Below are positions 22,054 through 25,522 of a stretch of 25,522 nucleotides of DNA, in pieces. The DNA is taken from NCBI GenBank assembly GCA_051294375.1, contig CM119268.1, positions 19,447,943-19,473,464 of the forward strand, given 5' to 3'. How positions within the stretch are numbered: position 1 is the first letter of the stretch; the number at the start of each line of letters is the position of its first letter. The translations under genes were made by a program, and so were the position numbers. The notes beneath the pieces were generated by a model that saw only the letters and a program-made list of their open reading frames with translations, was not told the DNA's origin and ran no database searches. This DNA is from Paraspadella gotoi (lineage: Eukaryota > Animalia > Chaetognatha).

Positions 22054-23688
22054 TTAGCCTGGTGATCATTCAACAAGAATTGCATTAAAAGCTTTATACA
22101 AAATTATTTTTATGTAAAAGAAGTTATATTTCCTTCGTGTTTCAAAATAAAAAAAATTCAAATTTGAATAAGGTTTAGCTTCAAGAGCCAACCAAAAATC
22201 GGGCAATTTTTATCGTGAAACCGTAAAAAAACATTCATTCAAGACGGTAAAGTCTATTTTTTAAAAAGCGAATTTAATTCTTTTTATTCAATTAACATCA
22301 GCTACCCAGTGTAATACTAGTACCGTAAAGCCTAGTCCATTTCTTATGATGTAATGGATTCAAGTTAAGGAGTAAAAATTAACGTTTAGTGCTAGAGAGA
22401 AGTGCAGAATACAGGTATATTTAATGATGCCTGAATACCATTTTTTACATAAGAGTTAATACAAAAAATTTGTACAATTTTAAAGAGTCAAAGGACAATC
22501 GGACTCCATTGGCATCTGCCGCAATGCGGATCCTCTGAAGATTAGAAACACTAGTGGTGCCAGTAATGGTCTCTGATTCCACAGTAATGGACAATCAGTT
22601 TATGCTTCTCGCTCTTGTCACATTAGTTTCTAGTTGCCCCTGACATTCAAAACTGGCTATAAAGCTTGACCGTTTGCCACAGATGAAAATAAGGTAAACC
22701 CCTTGCAGCATTCCTCCATTTGTTCACCCATCTGTTTTGTTGTCACAGCATTTTTTTAAATTTTAAAAAAAAATTTTAAAAAATTTGATAACCACTTCAG
22801 AGAACTACTAATATACAAAAAAAACATATATCACCACCTATATATATCTCCAGATTTTACTAATATCTATGTCGAAAAAATAAAGAGGTTCTCTGCTCGA
22901 CTTTCAGTTCTTTAAAATCTACAGGAAAAAAAAAAAATAAAAAAAATAATATCACACAAAAAGAGTTGGAGCGAAAAACTGAGCTTGCACAAAAAATAAA
23001 CTAAAATTATTTTCGTAGTATGGACAATGTGGAGAAAATTCTATGAGGAGGGATTTGAAAATGTTATCGTTTTCAAGATATTTTAGCCATTTTAACCGCA
23101 CAAAATTATTCATATTCTTTTTTTTTTTCCTATGAAGAAAAATGGAATTTGGAAAATCCCTCTCATAGAATTGGGACCTTCCACCTCAAGTAAAATTATG
23201 TTAAATTTCATCAAAATCCGCTTTCGGCCGTTTGGCTGCAACTCTTCCGATTGAGGTTTCTTTTTATTTTATATTAGTAATAAAATTCGGAAAAAAAAAA
23301 CACCAACGGTTTGAAAAAATTAATAAAGTGGCATACATTTCGGGAATCGACTGGACCTCTACTTTCAAAATCAAGCTTTGTGTTACCTATTTATAACTTT
23401 TGGTGCAGTAGCATCCCAGGCCCTTAAACCAACAAAGGCCTGTCCGAATCAGGGACAGATAACTTATTTAATAAATTAGAAAGGATAGGTTTTTATTATT
23501 GTTGTACCAATTTCATAGGTAAACAGTAATCTTCAAGTTTGTTCATAGAGATGGATGTGAATGCATCAATCTTCGTATGGCAGAGATTTGGGTTGAGGGC
23601 GATAGAAACAAAAGCCATAAAGTTTATAGTGGCTGCGAAAGAGCTAAAGGCGCATAAGAACAGCGAATAGAGAGAGTTGTAAAGACGG

Positions 23689-23723
<35 letters not shown>

Positions 23724-24905
23724 TTAAATTAGATGACTTCCTAACAAGAATGATGTCTAATATCTAAGTAGAAAACTAGGGCAGAAAGTAACTTTTTTAG
23801 TGTTGTATATATTCTCCCTCTATTTCCAGAAGAGAACATCCCTCATTATAATAAAGTATACATTATATAAGGAATATAATTAAATCTAATACATGGTGAA
23901 ATATATTAAACTTTTACATTCATTATTAAATTTAATCCAATTTAGTTTTCTATATTGATTGAAAGCTTACAGGGACGTGAAATGTCATTATCTTGTAAGA
24001 GTGATGAAGGTCTTAAGGTCCGTGATTTCTCATTTCAAATTATAATTAGNNNNNNNNNNAATTAAAAAAATTAAGCCATTTTTTTAAGACATCGGTGTTG
24101 AACAAACTCCATCATCACAACCCGTGCTTGTGTATGTTGTGGTGAATCTTGCTAAAGTAATGAGTACAGAATTTAACTTTCTTGACGAAGTGAAGTTAAA
24201 AACGAAGAGTTGCATGCCAAACCACAGGACTCTTCTTTAAGAAAAAAATATCTTGGACAAGAAAGGAAAGATGGGGGAGATTCTATGAGCGCGTTTTTGG
24301 AAAAAATGTTTTTCGTTTCAAAGATATCAAGAAATTTATCCCAAAAATTGATTAAAATAATCAAATTTTCTATGAAGGAAGGCAAATTTTGAAAGTATCT
24401 TTTCTTAGAATTGGAGTTCGTGATCTAAAAGTAATCCATGCCAAATTTAATGAGAAACCGCCTTACCGTTTGGGCTGCAACTCTTTAAATAGGTTTCTTT
24501 TATTTTATATAGTACCAAAAAAAATCGAAAAACGATGACGCCTTTGAAAAAATAGTAAAGTGAATACATTTTTGGAATCGTCAGGAGCTTTCCTTTCAAA
24601 ATCCGAGCTCGTTTTTAGCCTAATTATAATTTGAATTGAGTGATCCTGGACCTTAAACCAACAAAGCCTGTCCGAAGTCAGGGACAAGATAACTTATTTA
24701 ATAAATGAAAGGATAGTTTTTATATTGGTTGTACCAATTTCATAGTAAAACAAGTAATCTTGCAATTTTTCATAAATGGATTGAATGCATCAATCTCGTA
24801 TGCAGAATTTGGTTGAGGCGATAGAAAAAAGCCATAAAGTTTTAGTGGCTGGAAAGAGTGAAAGGCGCATAAGAACAGCGAATTAAGTGAATTGTAAAAC
24901 GGTGT
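23689..24905 (+). repeat. Local re-duplication around the 10-N gap (24050-24059)
   Basis: 23689-24049 appears identical to ~19915-20275; 24060-24652 matches ~21437-22053; 24653-24903 matches ~23424-23689. Confidence 0.85.
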
Positions 24906-25193
24906 GCCCCAATTTTGACTTTGTGTGATTTATAATTGCGAGTAGAGCCAAACAAAGGAGACTTAAGTAACTAAAATCCACGTAAATCTTTCGTTGGATG
25001 ACTATATTTTTGCTTTTTGTGTGAGTCTGTGTGTTTGTGTGTGTGTTAGTGATTGAATGAGATCCGAAAAGATTTAACTATGAATCAAAACATAGTAAGG
25101 TCTGAAGACTAATAGAAAAAGGAGACAATAAAAAAAATTAAATCGAAACTTTCATGATAAAATTTAAAAAATAAGACAAGAAATTTTCTCTCA

Positions 25194-25224
<31 letters not shown>

Positions 25225-25443
25225 GCACCAAGAGAAAAGAAAAACAATGTCCGCGACCACGATCTCCGGACGAAGTCCTGTTGATCGCCGGATTTCTCCC
25301 GATCAGAGTTTTTTTTCTCTCGATCCGCGACCGTCGAGTCCCGGCGGCAAAGATTGGCCGGCGGACGTGGTCCGGCCATGGTGGACAAAGGGCTCGGTGG
25401 CCGGACACCATGGCTTTCCTCGCCGCAAATCTCGAGTATACCC

Positions 25444-25445
<2 letters not shown>

Positions 25446-25499
<54 letters not shown>

Positions 25500-25522
25500 A
25501 GAAGAGAGAGAGAAGAGAGAGA
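25446..25522. repeat. (GA)n microsatellite
   Basis: Direct reading. Confidence 0.95.

Noticed and set aside
22430-22720. Possible decayed transposase coding fragment
   Set aside because: Hand translation of several frames gave early stops and no recognisable motif.
25352-25446. HDV-like ribozyme (gattggc/gcaaatc as P1, ggc-tttcctc-gcc as P3/L3)
   Set aside because: It lacks the GG for P1.1, P4, the catalytic C-R-A junction and a convincing 3' P2 strand.

Overview
AT-rich, microsatellite-dense eukaryotic (probably invertebrate) non-coding DNA from a gapped draft assembly. I can support no protein-coding gene: the listed ORFs translate microsatellites or transposon repeats. The window is a nest of non-autonomous elements: Helentron/DINE-1-like elements with internal satellite arrays, TTAA-flanked Kolobok/T2-like TIR elements, and several local duplications that may be assembly artefacts. 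The standout is a ~225-bp element present twice (788-1018, 2758-2979). Each copy is flanked by a short target-site duplication and consists of a tRNA(Gly)-like Pol III head followed directly by a sequence that folds by eye as a circularly permuted (type P5) twister self-cleaving ribozyme. An empty insertion site for copy 1 exists elsewhere in the window. All structures were folded and aligned by eye; none was computed.
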